Positions 1 through 12,732 of a stretch of DNA of 64,000 nucleotides are shown here, piece after piece; position 1 is the first letter of the stretch, and every line of letters starts with the position of its first letter. Made by a program: the position numbers and the translations under genes. Source of the DNA: Zootoca vivipara (lineage: Eukaryota). The DNA is taken from positions 84,010,001-84,074,000 of the forward strand of contig NC_083283.1 in the NCBI RefSeq assembly GCF_963506605.1. Direction: 5' to 3'. A model generated the notes under the pieces. That model ran no database searches and was not told the origin of the DNA. It saw nothing but the letters and a program-made list of their open reading frames with translations.

Positions 1-78
1 TCAAGTGTTATCAGGTCTGCCCTGGGGTCAAATTTAGTGCTCTTGTTGTTTCCTACTACTCAGGCTCACTGATTCTAT

Positions 79-1380
79 TCAAAACAAAATAAAAAAAATC
101 CTTCCAGTAGCACCTTAGAGACCAATTAAGTTTGTCATTGATATGAGCTTTTGTGTGCATGCACACTTCTTTAGATACACTTATATATACACTTGTATAA
201 CAGACCCTTATATATAGTGAGAGGGTGGGGAGGGGTATTTCTCAGAAGGGTGGTGGGAATGGGTGATTGACTGATAGGTGTGGTAAACCTGTTGACGACT
301 GTTAACGGCTACAATTGGTCTTACAGGAAAAAGCAAGGGGTGAGATGACTAAAGATAGCTTTATTATGTATAATGAGATAAGAATCCAATGTCTTTATTC
401 AGACTAGATCTCTCCATGGTTTTAAGTTTGGTAATAAGTTGCAGTTCAGCAACTTCTCTTTCCAGTCTATTTCTGAAATTCTTTTGTAATAAGACAGGTA
501 CTTTGAGATCTTGTATAGAATGTCCTGGGAGATTGAAGTGTTCTCCTACTGGTTTCTCTGTCTTGTGATTCCTGATGTGAGATTTATGTCCATTTATCCT
601 TTGGCGTAGGGTTTGGCCTGTTTGTCCAATATAGAGAGCTGAAGGGCACTGTTGGCATTTGATGGCATACACAATGTTAGAAGATAAGCAATTAAATAGT
701 CCTGAGATGGTATGTTTGATGTTGTTGGGGCCAGTAATGGTGTTGTCTGGGTGTATGTGGCAGCAAAGTTGGCATTTGGGTTTCTTGCTGGCTCTGGTAC
801 CAGTGTCCATGTTAACTCTGGTGGTTGTATTATTGTGGGTGAGGAGTTGTTTAAGATTGGGTGGCTATCTGTAGGCAATGAAAGGCCTTCCTCCCAGAGC
901 TTGAGAAAGAGAACTACAATTGTCTAGGAGAGGTTGTAGATCTCTGATGATGCGTTGTACTGTTTTAATTTGGGAACTGTATGTGATTACTAGTGGTGTT
1001 TATTTTCTTTTGTGGGCCTGTCTTGCAGAAAGTTCTCTCTGGGTATCAGTCTGGTTCTGTTGATCTGTTGTTTAACTTCATCAGGTGGATATTTTAGTTC
1101 TAAAAAGGTTTGCTGTAGATCTCTTAGGTGAGAGTCCCTGTAGAGTTGGAACAGATGCAGCTGTAATGTAGGGTATTCTGAGTAATACCCCTCCCCACCC
1201 TCTCACTATATACTGTATAAGGGCCTGGTGACTTCTGTTTCAGTGTATCTGAAGAAGTGTGCATGCACACAAAAGCTCATACCAATGACAAAGTTGGTCT
1301 CTAAGGTACTACTGGAAGGATTATTTTTTTAATTTTGTTTCGACTATGTCAGACCAACACGGCTACCTACCTGTAACTGA
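79..1380 (-). mobile_element. Penelope-like retroelement, 5'-truncated and decayed (GIY-YIG endonuclease end plus inverted pseudo-LTR copy)
   Basis: ORF 364-810(-) has the GIY-YIG signature (NIVYAIKCQQCPSALYIGQTGQTLRQRINGHKS...RLEREVAELQLI). Segments ~79-240 and ~1180-1345 are inverted copies of one terminal repeat. ATTCTATTCA flanks both sides (72-81, 1381-1390). Confidence 0.9.
1245..1282 (+). ncRNA. Minimal type-I hammerhead ribozyme remnant in the Penelope terminal repeat (probably inactive)
   Basis: GTAT-CTGAAGA-a-GTGTGCATGCACAC-AAAA-GCTC-ATAC gives stem I, the CUGANGA core, palindromic stem II, a GAAA box mutated to AAAA, and a minimal AGCU stem III. A second, more decayed copy lies at ~141-178(-). 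Confidence 0.65.
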
Positions 1381-1716
1381 ATTCTATTCAGTTAAGTCTT
1401 TCAAAGGCAGGAGATAAGAAGTTTGAGATTACAGAAGTCTAGAATAAGGTGTGAATTATCTAATCCAAAGATAAAGGAGCTCTTACTGGCTCCTTTGTAT
1501 TGAATGAGGTATGTCACACTTTATTCTAATTTAAGCAATTACAACTTGTTTTTCAGGCCAGTTCCACATATATTTTGGAGACAGCAATACATTCCTTGCT
1601 AATCCAATAATTCAAATGTTTGTTTTTCTTTTCTGATCTTGTTTAGCCAGCCACAGCAGCTATGTTGGGTAACAGACAGCCAAGGGAACTGCTTAACAGT
1701 TTGAGAATACAAACTA

Positions 1717-2060
1717 CAAGTGAAACTCGGAAAATTAGAATATTGTTGAAAAGTGCATTTATTTCAGTAATGCAACTTAAAAGGTGAAACCAATATATGA
1801 GATAGATGCATGACATGCAGAGAAAGATATGTCAAGCCTTTATTTGTTGTAATTGTAATTGTCGTTAGGTGGGTCAATTATAAATGGAATGTAATTAATG
1901 AAATGTTATAGTGATGTTTATTTTTGTTTATTTTTGTATTATTGCAACTATTTGTTTTATTCCAAAAGAAAGCATTTGTAAAAAGAAAAAGAAAAAATAA
2001 GTTGCATTACTGAAATAAATGCACTTTTCAATGATATTCTAATTTTCTGAGTTTCACCTA
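1717..2060. mobile_element. Tc1/mariner-type non-autonomous element with ~60-bp terminal inverted repeats
   Basis: CAAGTGAAACTCGGAAAATTAGAATATTGTTGAAAAGTGCATTTATTTCAGTAATGCAACTT is mirrored at ~1999-2060; TA on both flanks. Confidence 0.8.
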
Positions 2061-3213
2061 TATATGGGAACCTAGATATTATACACTTAAAGTATATATT
2101 AAACATATGCATTCTTGCTTAATCTCACAACTAACTTCATCCAACTGCATAAATTCACAAATATGGCTGTCTGACCACTTTTCCATCCTGCCTTCCTTAC
2201 ACCTGAATCCCAGTGTATGGTGGTGCTGCCAGTGACTATTTCATAGGGCAGGACAAGGTGAATCATGCTCTTGAAATACTGCAGTACTGAAAGTGCAGTG
2301 TATGTTCCATTTGAGGAGTAATAGTTATTGGCTGAGGAGCAAGGAAATACTACTAATTTGGCTTATCTTGTGAACTTGCCATTTAAATTGTTTAAGCATG
2401 GCAAAACCTCCTGTTTCCAAAAAAAAGGACAGGGTGAGGAGGGGAGGTCTGATCTCTTCAATGCTTTTAATTGATCTCTGAGACGTGGAGGAGAGGGAAA
2501 AGGAAAAGGCAACAAAACTTTCTTCAACTTTGTTTGGAAGGCAGATTTCTGCCTTGCCCACCCCCACCCCCCAACTAGGATTTCTCTCTCACACAGTTGC
2601 AAAACCACAGGAAATCTTATCTTGCTAGGTGCTGCCTAAAAACCCCATGCCCCCCCATTCTGTGACATCCAAGAAAAAGCAATGTAAAAGCAGTCATGCA
2701 AGTCACAGGTAGACTTTTGAATAGTGTCAAAAATTATTGCAAATGAGGGATCCAGCTGAGGACTTGATAAACTTTCTGCTGTCAAGTTGCAAGCAATCTC
2801 CAACTTAAAAGTGATAGAAAAATTGCAAATTCCATTTAATAGAGGGAAAGGTAGCTAGAGGGGTGGTTTATTATAACACAGAATATACTGGCCTGATTCA
2901 CATGTCAAAGTAACTCAAACTCTTGGCTTGTTCTTGGCAATAGTTGGTGATTAGGGAGCAGAAAGAGAGCTTAACCATGATGACAGGCTTCAGATGGCAG
3001 GCTAAGCCCAAAGGGTCAAGGTGAAGCAGAGCGGCTCTGCAGGCTCTCTTCTGGGAGCCCACACAGTTGCAAGGCCCCAGTAAGGCATAGCTGGACTTAC
3101 TATATTGTACAAACTAAGCCATTGTGTTTCAGTAGGCTGTTGAGGGGTGGGTGCACTGGGGTGGGGAGCGAGAGACACATGTTTTGTAGCTTACTCATGT
3201 TTCTGCTTTGCAG

Positions 3214-3273
3214 GTGAATATTCACAGAGAAGGAATTATTGAAGAGATCAAGAGACGAACATGTCTTCCCTAG
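3214..3273 (+). CDS. HARS1: Last coding exon of histidyl-tRNA synthetase (rest of gene lies left of the window)
   Basis: After the acceptor ttctgctttgcag the exon reads VNIHREGIIEEIKRRTCLP*, resembling the HARS1 C-terminus (VDVRREDLVEEIKRRT...). Position and orientation next to DND1 match vertebrate synteny. Confidence 0.8.
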   Translation: MNIHREGIIEEIKRRTCLP

Positions 3274-5411
3274 AGGTTTTCACTGGATTCCCTTGGGAAG
3301 ATTTGCTGAGACCCTTTTCAAAACATAATGCCTGTTTTGCTCGTAATGCATCCTTGGACGTGGGGGGGGGCGGTCCTCAAAACTGTATTTATTTTACCAT
3401 GGAGCTTCTTTTCACTGGATTTGAGGAGTGACAGGACATTATTTTATTTTTAAAGTTGCTCCTATAAAATAATTCAAAAGAACCTTTCTGAGTTGTTTTC
3501 TAGGGAACGCCATCTGCTCTGTGAGCATCTTGGTGTTTACACAGAGAGAGTGCATGACACTTTCAGCATTCTGGTCTATGCACTCTCCCTATTCTGACTT
3601 CATCTGCCGGCATCATATTAATAAAGCTTATTACAACCCCATGCTTTCTGCTGTGTTCATGTCTTCCCTTTCAGCTACACAAATGATGTGCAGCCGCCAT
3701 TCCATTTCCCAAATTAAGCACATTTCACAGCAGGGGTGCTATTTTACCAATCCTCCCCGTGTCAAGTAATTGGTTTTAGCTTTGGCCATGTGTTGCCTCA
3801 GGAGCAGACCTGATAGCCCTATTATTACTCACAGGAGCTGTTTACTTCTCCCTAACAAAACAACTCTTGCCACGGAGGCGCCGAAGGAGCCTCTCCAAGG
3901 TTGCTGGAAGGCAGCCCCAGAGAGCCGCAGGATGGATCGCGCTTTAGCCCACTGGACCAGCTGCAGAGTACAGAGATGCTGAGCAAAAGCTGCCTGCGTG
4001 GCTGGGTCCTGCTGGCGAGAGGCAGGAAAATCTGGCACTGGGTCAGGGTGTGTGTGTGGTTGGGTTGTGCGCGCATGGGACACCAAAGCGAGAGGGTGAC
4101 CCGGGAAGGGGTTAATGGGTCCGAGGGATCGGCTGGCTTTTTTCTTTCTTTTTTGCAGCGCTTCCATCTCCATTAACTTAGCTGCTTGTCACCATCTCCT
4201 TTGGAGTAGGGACGCACACCCCTCTGCTCACCCATTGCTGCTGGAGTTCCTGTGCTTAAGTGATTGGATTCCCCTATTGGCACTTTTTACATTTACTTGC
4301 TGCTGGGAGCTGCTTACCATATTTCTGGTCTTATTCCCGATTAAAAATTGATGATAACCATTTGGCAGATGTTAATGGGCTTAATGCAGCTCCTCTTCCA
4401 TTAGGGAGTGGGGAGGCTGTGATTTTCCTGGCTGGGTGCCTCCCTTATGCTTCCCAGCCAGGGAGAGAGGTCGGTGTGTTCCTTTCCCTGGAGAATGTGG
4501 AGGACCCAGAAGGCTGTCTAGCAAGGAGGGTGTTAAACGTCTTGAGACTTGGGCAGAATTACCTTTCCATAGAATTGTATAGTTGGGAGGGACCCCCCCC
4601 CCCAAGGGCCATGCAAGAAGCTCAACTATGATTGATGGCCATCCAAACTCTGCTTAAAAACCTCCAAGGAAGGAGAGTCCACAACCTCCTCAGAGAGCCC
4701 ATTCCACTGTCAAAACAGCTTTTGCTGTCAGAAAGTTCTTCCTGGTGTTTCCTTTTGGTCACATACCACTGGTCATGGTATTCACAATAATAAGTAATGC
4801 CTTGCTGAATGCTTCTATAGTGGAAAAGGATCTTATTTTTTAAAAAATAGAAACAGATAACCACAGATCAGATCAGGTCCCTGCCTGGAGAAGTGTACAA
4901 TCAGAATTTATTTCCGAAAGGGTAGCCATGTTCATCTGTTGCAGGAAAAAACTCGCTGCAGTAAGCAGTAAGCCACCAAGAGGCAGCAAACGAGCACTTC
5001 TGCCTCCCAGCCCCTCATCAGGCTTGGCTAAAAGAAAAGGAAGAAGCTTCAGCGCCAAACTATCACAAGTGGATCTGTGTTTGGCCACTTTGCCTCCCTC
5101 CTCCAGGGGTGAGGGGTTAAAATTAGGAGCTGGATTTGATCTGATCACTGGCAGTTTATTGATCTTTAAATCCTACCTAAGATAAACTGGATCAGCCCTA
5201 TAGATAGATCCCCAGCCAAGCTCTCCTGGGCAGCCCATTGCCACTAAAGAACGCTCCTTCAGCTCACCGAGTCTCACCTGGTGAATGGGGCTTGGGCTAG
5301 AGGGTGGTTTGGCAGGGCACATACCAAACTTTCTGTGGGATGGCTGCCCCTGGAGCCCTTTCCAGTGCCTGTCACAGAGAAGCCCTTTTTAAAAATTTAT
5401 TGGAGTATTTT

Positions 5412-5695
5412 AGTCATAGGATCACAGAACTGGACGGTTGGAAGGGACCCCTGAGGGTCCTCTAGACCAACCCCCTCCAGTTCAGGTATCACAGCAGAAG
5501 CATCTCACAAAATTGGTTTGCTCCATCTTCCCTGTGAACAGCCCTTCAGATACAACAAAATAACATAACCATTCACAGAGTTGGAAGGGAACCACCAGGG
5601 TCATCTAGTAGTCCAACCCCCTGCAATGTAGGAATCTTTTGCCCAACATGGGGCTTGAAACCACAACCCTGAGATTGAGTCTCATGCTTTACTGA
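5412..5695 (-). mobile_element. Two short CR1-type LINE 3'-end fragments
   Basis: Motif (cataga/cacaga)...gttggaagggacc...ggtcatctagtccaaccccctgc occurs twice; similar pieces lie at ~22240-22355 and ~40995-41130. Confidence 0.55.
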
Positions 5696-5900
5696 CACGT
5701 TTGTTTTCCCAAGCAGAGATAATGTGTAAGCGTGGTGTCAGCTCCCTAAAAAAAGGTCAACAACTCTGGGAAAGGCGGGGGGGCGCCGGAGGGAGGGATA
5801 TTTGCACCACAGCGCCAGACGGCCCTGGTAAACGTAAAGGGACCCCTGACCATTTCAAGAAGTTGGCCATCCGTATTTATCTAAATTCCAAAATATGATT

Positions 5901-6258
5901 AGGTATAAAGATAAAGGTAAAGGGACCCCTGACCATTAGGTCCCGTCGTGACCGACTCTGGGGTTGCGGTGCTCATCTCGCGTTATTAGCCGAGGGAGCC
6001 GGCGTACAGCTTCCAGGTCATGTGGCCAGCATGACAAAGCCGCTTCTGGTGAACCAGAGCAGCGCATGGAAATGCCGTTTACCTTCCTGCTTGGAGCGGT
6101 ACCTATTTATCTACTTGCACTTTGACGCGATTTTGAACTGCTAGGTTGGCAGAAGCTGGGACTGAGCAATGGGAGCTCACCCCGTCACAGGGATTCGAAC
6201 CGCTGACCTTCTGATCAGAAAGCCCTAGTTTCTGTGGTTTAACTCGCAGCACCACCTG
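5901..6258 (-). mobile_element. Sauria SINE
   Basis: (AGGTAA)n tail followed by gggacccctgaccatt...gactctggggttgcg...ggattcgaaccg...ctgtggtttaa; near-identical to the copies at 10810 and 14775. Confidence 0.9.
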
Positions 6259-6739
6259 TGGCGCTGACAGGCATTTAAATTAACAACAATGGTGCACTAC
6301 TCAGGTGTGAACAATCTCCAGCCTGCAAATATTCCGGGAGTTTTCACAGCTTGTCAGGCGTTATCTCTGCCTCCTGCAATCTTACTGTTCTCCTTAATCC
6401 TTACCGTAAGTATTGGGTGAAGGTGTCTTTCACACATAGTGGATTGCATGCGGAATGAGCGCCTTCTTCAAAGGAGTTCTGTGGTCAGCACAACAATGGT
6501 GGCAGGCTGTGCCACGGGGAAGTGTGAGACATGGATGAAATTTTTCTCCCTAAAAAAGAGACACTTGTTGAATGTCTGGAGTTGACGCCTTTCCCACCAC
6601 CAACAAAAGAACCCCTCCCAATTTGCAACGTTAGCAACATAAGGCTGTTCAGTAAATAGCCCACCAGTAATTCAGAATATTTTTAAATATCCTGTGCGTC
6701 TTTATTACTGGGGAAAAAACCCAAGTTCAGCCTGCAAGG

Positions 6740-7800
6740 AGGCTCCGCTTCTCTCCTGGCGGCTAAACTTAGCGGGCCGCCGGCGCTTCGGTTCGGCGCT
6801 ATGGAAGGCGCGCTTATGGCCCCAGCTGCGGCACGTGTGAATGGTGTGGGCTAGCTAATCAAAGGATTGGAAAGTGGTGGCGGTGCTGGTGGGAACGATC
6901 TCGGGGTCGAAGCGAAGAGAACGGCGGGCTTCGCCTGGCGCGCGCGCAAGGGATCCCGCTGACCAGGAAGGACCCCCGCCCCGGGAGCGCGTACACGGGG
7001 GGCGGAGGCGTGTGATTAATCTACCAATCAGCAGAGGAAAGCGGGCGGGGGAGCCGCCCCCGGGCTAGAAAAGGAGCGGCCGCCGCCCGCCAGTGAGGAG
7101 GGTGTGGCTGGGAAGGCGTTGCCCGAAAAGTACTGCACGCAGTTTTGGGGGGCCATGGATGGTGTGCAGGTAGGTAGTAGACTGAAGCCTCTTAGTTTTT
7201 TTTTCCTGTAGGAGGGAAGAGAAATGGTTGCGGTTGGAGGAGTCTGAGCCAAAATCTAGTTCTTTGGCGGACGGGGAGCTCGCCTGGCTCAAACCACGGA
7301 CCACCTGTGGCTGCTCTTACCTGGGAGCGAATCTCGTTGCGCTTAAAGGCGTGCTGACTTTTAGAGCGTCGCGGTTGCTACCCTGCTTCCCTCCCTCGCA
7401 AATTAATACAGGTTCAGTGTTATGCGGGGGGGGGGGGAGTCGGCTGCGCGGCACGAGGTCCTCTCGCGCAAAGGGACTCTCCAAAATTGCTCCGAAGGAA
7501 TTGGGAACAATTGCTTTCTGAAATGAGGGTTGCGACTGACACGTGTCTTTGCGAGACCGCTCTTGACCGTGATTGATTACTGAGGTACTGGTCCTGTCCC
7601 CCACCCCCAAAAAAGAGAATAACTCGATAAAGCTTTCGCTTCTTTAAAATCTGCTCAACTTCTGCGGTCTCCGGGCTCGGAATCCGCCCGTGTGGAGGGA
7701 CGCGCCCGGCCCTGGATAGGCATTACCTTCTTCAATGGCCGAAGGCGGCCGCGTTAGTTGCACTCCTTCCCCTAAAAGCGAAGCCCCGTTGCTGAAGTGT
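6740..7800 (+). promoter_or_regulatory. CpG-island promoter of DND1
   Basis: CpG-dense segment over the first coding exon, with GC boxes, CCAAT at 7024-7028, and CACGTG E-boxes at 6832-6837 and 7540-7545. Confidence 0.7.
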
Positions 7801-10800
7801 GAGCGGCTTGTTAGTGCTGCCAGCGCCGGAGTCGTTGTGACCCCGAAGTACCTTGAACGTTCCCAAGGTGCTCCAGAAACAAACGCTCTGCTTCATGGGG
7901 CTGACCAGCAAAAGCTTCGTCGTTCCTGGGCTGCTGCTTCTGGAAGGCCTGAGCATGGGCCTCCCTTAATGCCATCAAGCAGCTGGATCGAAAAGATCCA
8001 TTATGGAGAATATCTGCTTGGAAGTGCCAAATTAGGAAAGATGACCCAAGTCCGCCCCTGATTCCATGTTGTGTTTGTAGGTGTCTTGTCCTGCATGGAG
8101 CGAGGAAGTAAACCAGGCTAAAAAAACTGCCCTTCTGGCTTGGGTGGAAGAGACTGGAATCAAACTGGTACAGATCAATGGCCAGAGGAAATACGGTGGC
8201 CCTCCACCAGGTAAGTAGAAGATTATCAGCCTGGGATACACAGATCTGTCACCCAAGTATCACTTTTAGAAATACTGGTATGTGCTTAAGCTGCTTGGAG
8301 GCAATTGGAAGGTTACCACCTTTCAATTGTCATTTCTGGTTGCTGGAAATCTCACAAGCTGTTGCCCAGTGGGTGAGGGGAGCCTGAATTTCCCTGCTAA
8401 TGCCCAAGCCCACAGAAGTTTCATGAAGCCTATTTTACTTGCTTATTGTACAGAATTGTAATAGAAATTGCTAAAAACTAAAGGCATTCACGTATGCTAC
8501 TGCCTGAGGTCTTTCCCTTTGCTGTAGAATCTTGTATGGGGATGAAGCTGGTACTGTATAAAAGACAAGACGGTTACGACATGGAATCCTTTTATTTACT
8601 TTAAGACAATCAAGCATTGTTTTCACCCTCCATCAACTCGTGTGGTGTAGTGGTTAAGAGCAGTAGACTCCGTAATCTGGGGAACCGGGTTTGTGTCTCC
8701 GCTCCTCCACATGCAGCTGCTGGGTGACCTTGGGCTAGTCACACTTATTTGAAGTCTCTCGGCGTGTTTGTTGTGGGGGAGGAAGGGAAAGGAAAGGAGA
8801 ATGTTAGCTGCTTTGAGACTCCTTAGGGTAGTGATAAAATGGGATATCAAATCCAAACTCTTCATGGAACCTTATGGAGAGACACTTTCATTTGATTCCT
8901 TTCTTGGAACGTCTAAAATGGCAACCATCAGCTGCTATTTTTATTTTCTGTACAACTACTGAGCTCTTTTCCCTTGTATGGAACATTTAAAAAAAAGAAG
9001 AGTCAATTATGCGTCTTCTTTTTCTTTTTCCGCAGGTTGGACTGGCAGTGTTCCACCACCTGGCTCTGAGATTTTCATAGGGAAGATTCCACAGGATATA
9101 TATGAGGATAAACTAATTCCTCTCTTCCAGAGTGTTGGGAGGCTCTATGAATTTCGTCTCATGATGACGTTCAGTGGGCTTAACCGTGGCTTTGCCTATG
9201 CGAAATACGGAAACAGACGCAGTGCCCAGGATGCTATTGCCATGCTCAACAACTTTGAAATCCAGCCCGGCCACTCCATTTTGGTCTGCAGAAGTACAGA
9301 CAAGTGTGAGCTCTCCATTGATGGTTTGTCTCTCTCTGTGAGAGAGGGACACCTTCTTCCAATGCTGCAGGAACTTACTGCCGGAGTCCTGAGTGTTTCC
9401 TTGCACCCAAGCCCTTTCAGAAGGGAGAGGCAGTTGGCAGAGGTGAAATACAGCTCCCACCAGGCTGCTGCAATCGCCAGGAAAACGCTTGTGGAAGGTT
9501 TGACTCATAAATATAGCAGTAAAGTATCATGTACTATAGGCAATAGAGGCTCGGAGCATGGGGTGCAGATGGCTCCTTATTGTATCCACCACTCAAGTAC
9601 AGGAGCCAAATTCCACCCGCATCATTCAGCCCGGAGACTGAGGTTCACTTCCAAGGGTCTTCTGGCAATTCCCTTACTGTGGGAAGTGAAATTTCAGGGA
9701 ACCAGGCAAAGGGCCTTCTTGGCAGTGGCACCTTCCCTGTGGAATGCCCTCCCTTCAGATGTCAAGGAGATAAAGAACTTACACAACTTTTAGAAGACAT
9801 CTGAAGGCAGCCCTATATCGGGAAGTTTTTAATGTTTGGCTTTTTTATTTGAAAAATACATTTTTTGGAAGCCAGCCAGGTGGGAGGGGTATAAATAATA
9901 AAATTATTGTTGTTATTATTATTATTATTAGTATTAAGTGGCACTGGTCACCTAGTTACCTGCCAATTTCACCTTCATGGAAATTTCAGTGACAATATTA
10001 ACTACTGAGAACTATTACATCATTTAATGTACATGAGAACTTTAGAGCTATCACTAGTGCATACAAACTCAAATTATGCAAGCAATGCAATTAGTATTCA
10101 TATATTTTTAAGCTGTCTCTTTCATATGTCGTCTACTTTTATTTTTTCCTGCACTGCTGTCAATTGCGGGTGGAATACTGTTAGGAGAGGCCTATATTTG
10201 AATCAAATTTTAAATTGTTTCTTCTGTTCTGCAGGTAGTTTGTGCCTCTGTGGAGATGACATTGAAGTGGATTGGCTGAAACCAAATATAAAACAGGAAC
10301 TCCACAGTGCCTCCGTTCAGGGCTTTCCGGAGATTCCACCATCCAATTTTTCCCACAGAGATTCCCCCTACAAAGCACCTTCTGGGCCTGTGCAATCCCC
10401 AGTGGGCAGTGTGCTGGACTACCTGAATCTGCAATGCAAGGAACGGCAGCTGGGGCTCCCTGTATTTCTTACAAAATGTATGCAAAAGAATCATGAAGGA
10501 TGGTTACAGTTCTGGTATCAAGTGGTGATACCTAAATACCCATCGCCTTTCAGTGGGTTTATCTGGATCAAGCCAGAACGTTCTGGCTTGGGGGCCCACG
10601 AAAAGGCCAAGGATGCAGTGGCGTTGCAGCTACTCAAAGCTCTGGGTAAGTGTTGTTGCACAACTTCATCTTGGAAGCAGTGCTTCAGATTTGCTGAAAG
10701 GGAGCAAAGAGGCACTAGGTTGCCTTCAGGTCTCCCAGATGGTGAGCAAGGCAGGTGAAATCCTCAGCTAGGTCATGGGGCTTTTAACTGTTATAAAATT

Positions 10801-11690
10801 GATATAAGGAGGTAAAGGTAAAGGGGCCCCTGACCATCAGGTCCAGTCGTGTCCGACTCTGGGGTTGCGGCGCTTGTCTCGCTCTATAGGCCGAGGGAGC
10901 CGGCGCTTGTCCGCAGACAGCTTCCGGATCATGTGGCCAGCATGACAAAGCTGCTTCTGGCGAACCAGAGCAGCGCACGGAAACGCCGTTTAACTTCCCG
11001 CCAGAGCGGTCCCTATTTATCTACTTGCACTTTGATATGCTTTCGAACTGCTAGGTGGGGAGGAGCTGGGACCGAGCAACTGCCAACCTTCTGATCAGCA
11101 AGTCCTAGACTCTGTGGTTTAACCCACAGCACCACCTGGGTCCCCTAAACCTACCTAAATTAGCATTCTTTAAACAATATTTTTTTGTCAAAGAAGGATG
11201 CCTATTCTGTTCACCCAGCTTGCCACACTGAGAGATTGAAGCTAATGAATGGTGGCAGCATTTTATATAGAAGAGCACAGGGCTGAGAGGGGTAAGTTGA
11301 AGCTGGAGGTAGAAAACTTGCCTTCACTTGCTTGAGACTGCAACTCTGTACCTGTGGGTGCCCTAGATATCATTGGAACCTGGCCGGAGGTCCCTCGCAC
11401 TACAAATTCTTTCAACTTTCCAGGCTAGGCTGCCTGGAGAGAGAATGCCTCTGGGGCATCCCTAAGAGACATCAAGATAACAAGGGTAGAGGGTGAGACA
11501 AGTGGAGGCCAGTGCATGGCCTTTTCAGCCTCCAAGCACTTCAGAAAAGGAGTTTTCCTGCCTTGTATGTTTGCAGAATAGGTGCCTTCCTGGTGGGTTC
11601 CTGTTTTGAGTGTGTTGACTGCTTTTCTGTATGTTGGCAACCCTAAAGCCTAACCTATTTCTCTTTCCAACAGGATGCCCAATGGTGTAA
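7155..11690 (+). CDS. DND1: Dead end protein homolog 1 (germline RNA-binding protein, 2 RRM + dsRBD-like), 5 coding exons, ~344 aa
   Basis: Exons 7155-7169, 8081-8210, 9036-9497, 10235-10645, 11674-11690; all GT-AG, phases consistent, 1035 nt. Motifs [66 protein letters not shown]. Exons 1 and 5 are tiny and less certain. Confidence 0.93.
8639..8863 (+). mobile_element. tRNA-derived SINE (Squam3-like) in DND1 intron 2
   Basis: Head TGTGGTGTAGTGGTTAAGAGC (box A), body ctgggtgaccttgggctagtcac, tail gatatcaaatccaaactcttc. The same 3' end occurs inverted at 22779-22880. Confidence 0.8.
9615..9930 (+). mobile_element. L2-type LINE 3' fragment with (TAT)n tail
   Basis: Encodes [17 protein letters not shown] (L2 ORF2 C-terminus) and ends in ttattattatt; homologous to 59229-59612(-). 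Confidence 0.8.
10810..11144 (-). mobile_element. Sauria SINE in DND1 intron 4
   Basis: Same sequence as the 5901 and 14775 copies, with a short internal deletion. Confidence 0.9.
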
Positions 11691-12732
11691 GAGAACAGTC
11701 TTCAAGTTCGAGAGAGGTCTGTGTCTCCTGTCATTGTCCACTAAAACCAGCTTGGATAAAATCCATGGGGAGAGAAAGTGTGCCTGGCATCTTGTCTTTG
11801 TTTTTTGGAGGAGAAGCATTGCTGCTTTTGGAGTCTTGTTAGATTTTAAATAGGTTGTCCATGCAGATCTCAGTACGAAATTGTTTTAAGTTAAGTTATT
11901 TGAGTATCCTTTTCAGTTTGGGGAAATAATGCATGCGTATTTCTCGACAGGCAATCTTAAGTTGGGGGCCTATCTTGCTTTCACAACTTTATTTCTGCCC
12001 CTCAGGCATGACAAGTACTGTGTAAAACTCTAGGGATGACTCCCGCCCGTTCCAACACCAAGATTTAGGGCTGCTTATTTTCTTTGTTTACACATAGAAA
12101 ACATTATTATTCTTTTTATTTATTTAAGAGTTTGGAGAGCTTTCTCACTTGTTTGTGACAGTTTGAATTTGTTTTGTAGCTTTAGGCAAGGGGCATTGGA
12201 CAATTTTTCATGCACAAAGGCTAGCCTTTTGCTTTAGGAGGAAACCCGCCTGTACTGATTATGTCTTCCTGGGGATTCAGGATGGTGTTCCCTGAATTCC
12301 TTCATGTGCCTCTTAATAGCAGAACACCAGGTGCCTTTTTAACACTATAAAAAGTTCCCAGTGAATAACAAAATGGATGTATGAAGATTTTAGGGAAAGG
12401 ATCAGGCAGAGTCCCTTAAAATTTTGACTTTTTAATGTGCATCAAAAATAGTGAATGGCTAACATAGGCACTTGAATATTAAAATTGTTTTGAAAGAAAT
12501 AAGTGTTGCAATATCCTTGTGTGAATCATTTGAAATCTGATAGATGATGTTATGCTGGGTTTTGTTTATTTTATTTACAATATAAAATCCACAAAATACA
12601 TTTCTGTTGTGTCATGTTGTGTGTTTCAGAGAGTCCCCCTTCTGTATTGAAGGTTCAGGAGCCCTATCCCCTTTTTGTGTCTGGCTACCCTCCTTTGAAA
12701 GTAGTAGTTAAACCAGTACATACATATAAGAC

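Noticed and set aside
3500-5300. Several 70-120 aa ORFs on both strands between HARS1 and DND1
   Set aside because: No recognisable domain and no coherent exon chain; probably UTR, intergenic or regulatory sequence.
8639-8720. tRNA gene
   Set aside because: Only a tRNA-derived SINE head; no cloverleaf, and it continues into SINE body and tail.
8978-9793. 271-aa ORF as a single-exon DND1
   Set aside because: It is exon 3 (9036-9497) plus intron read-through into an L2 fragment.
10027-10758. 243-aa ORF
   Set aside because: DND1 exon 4 extended by intronic sequence on both sides; a strong GTAAG donor follows 10645.
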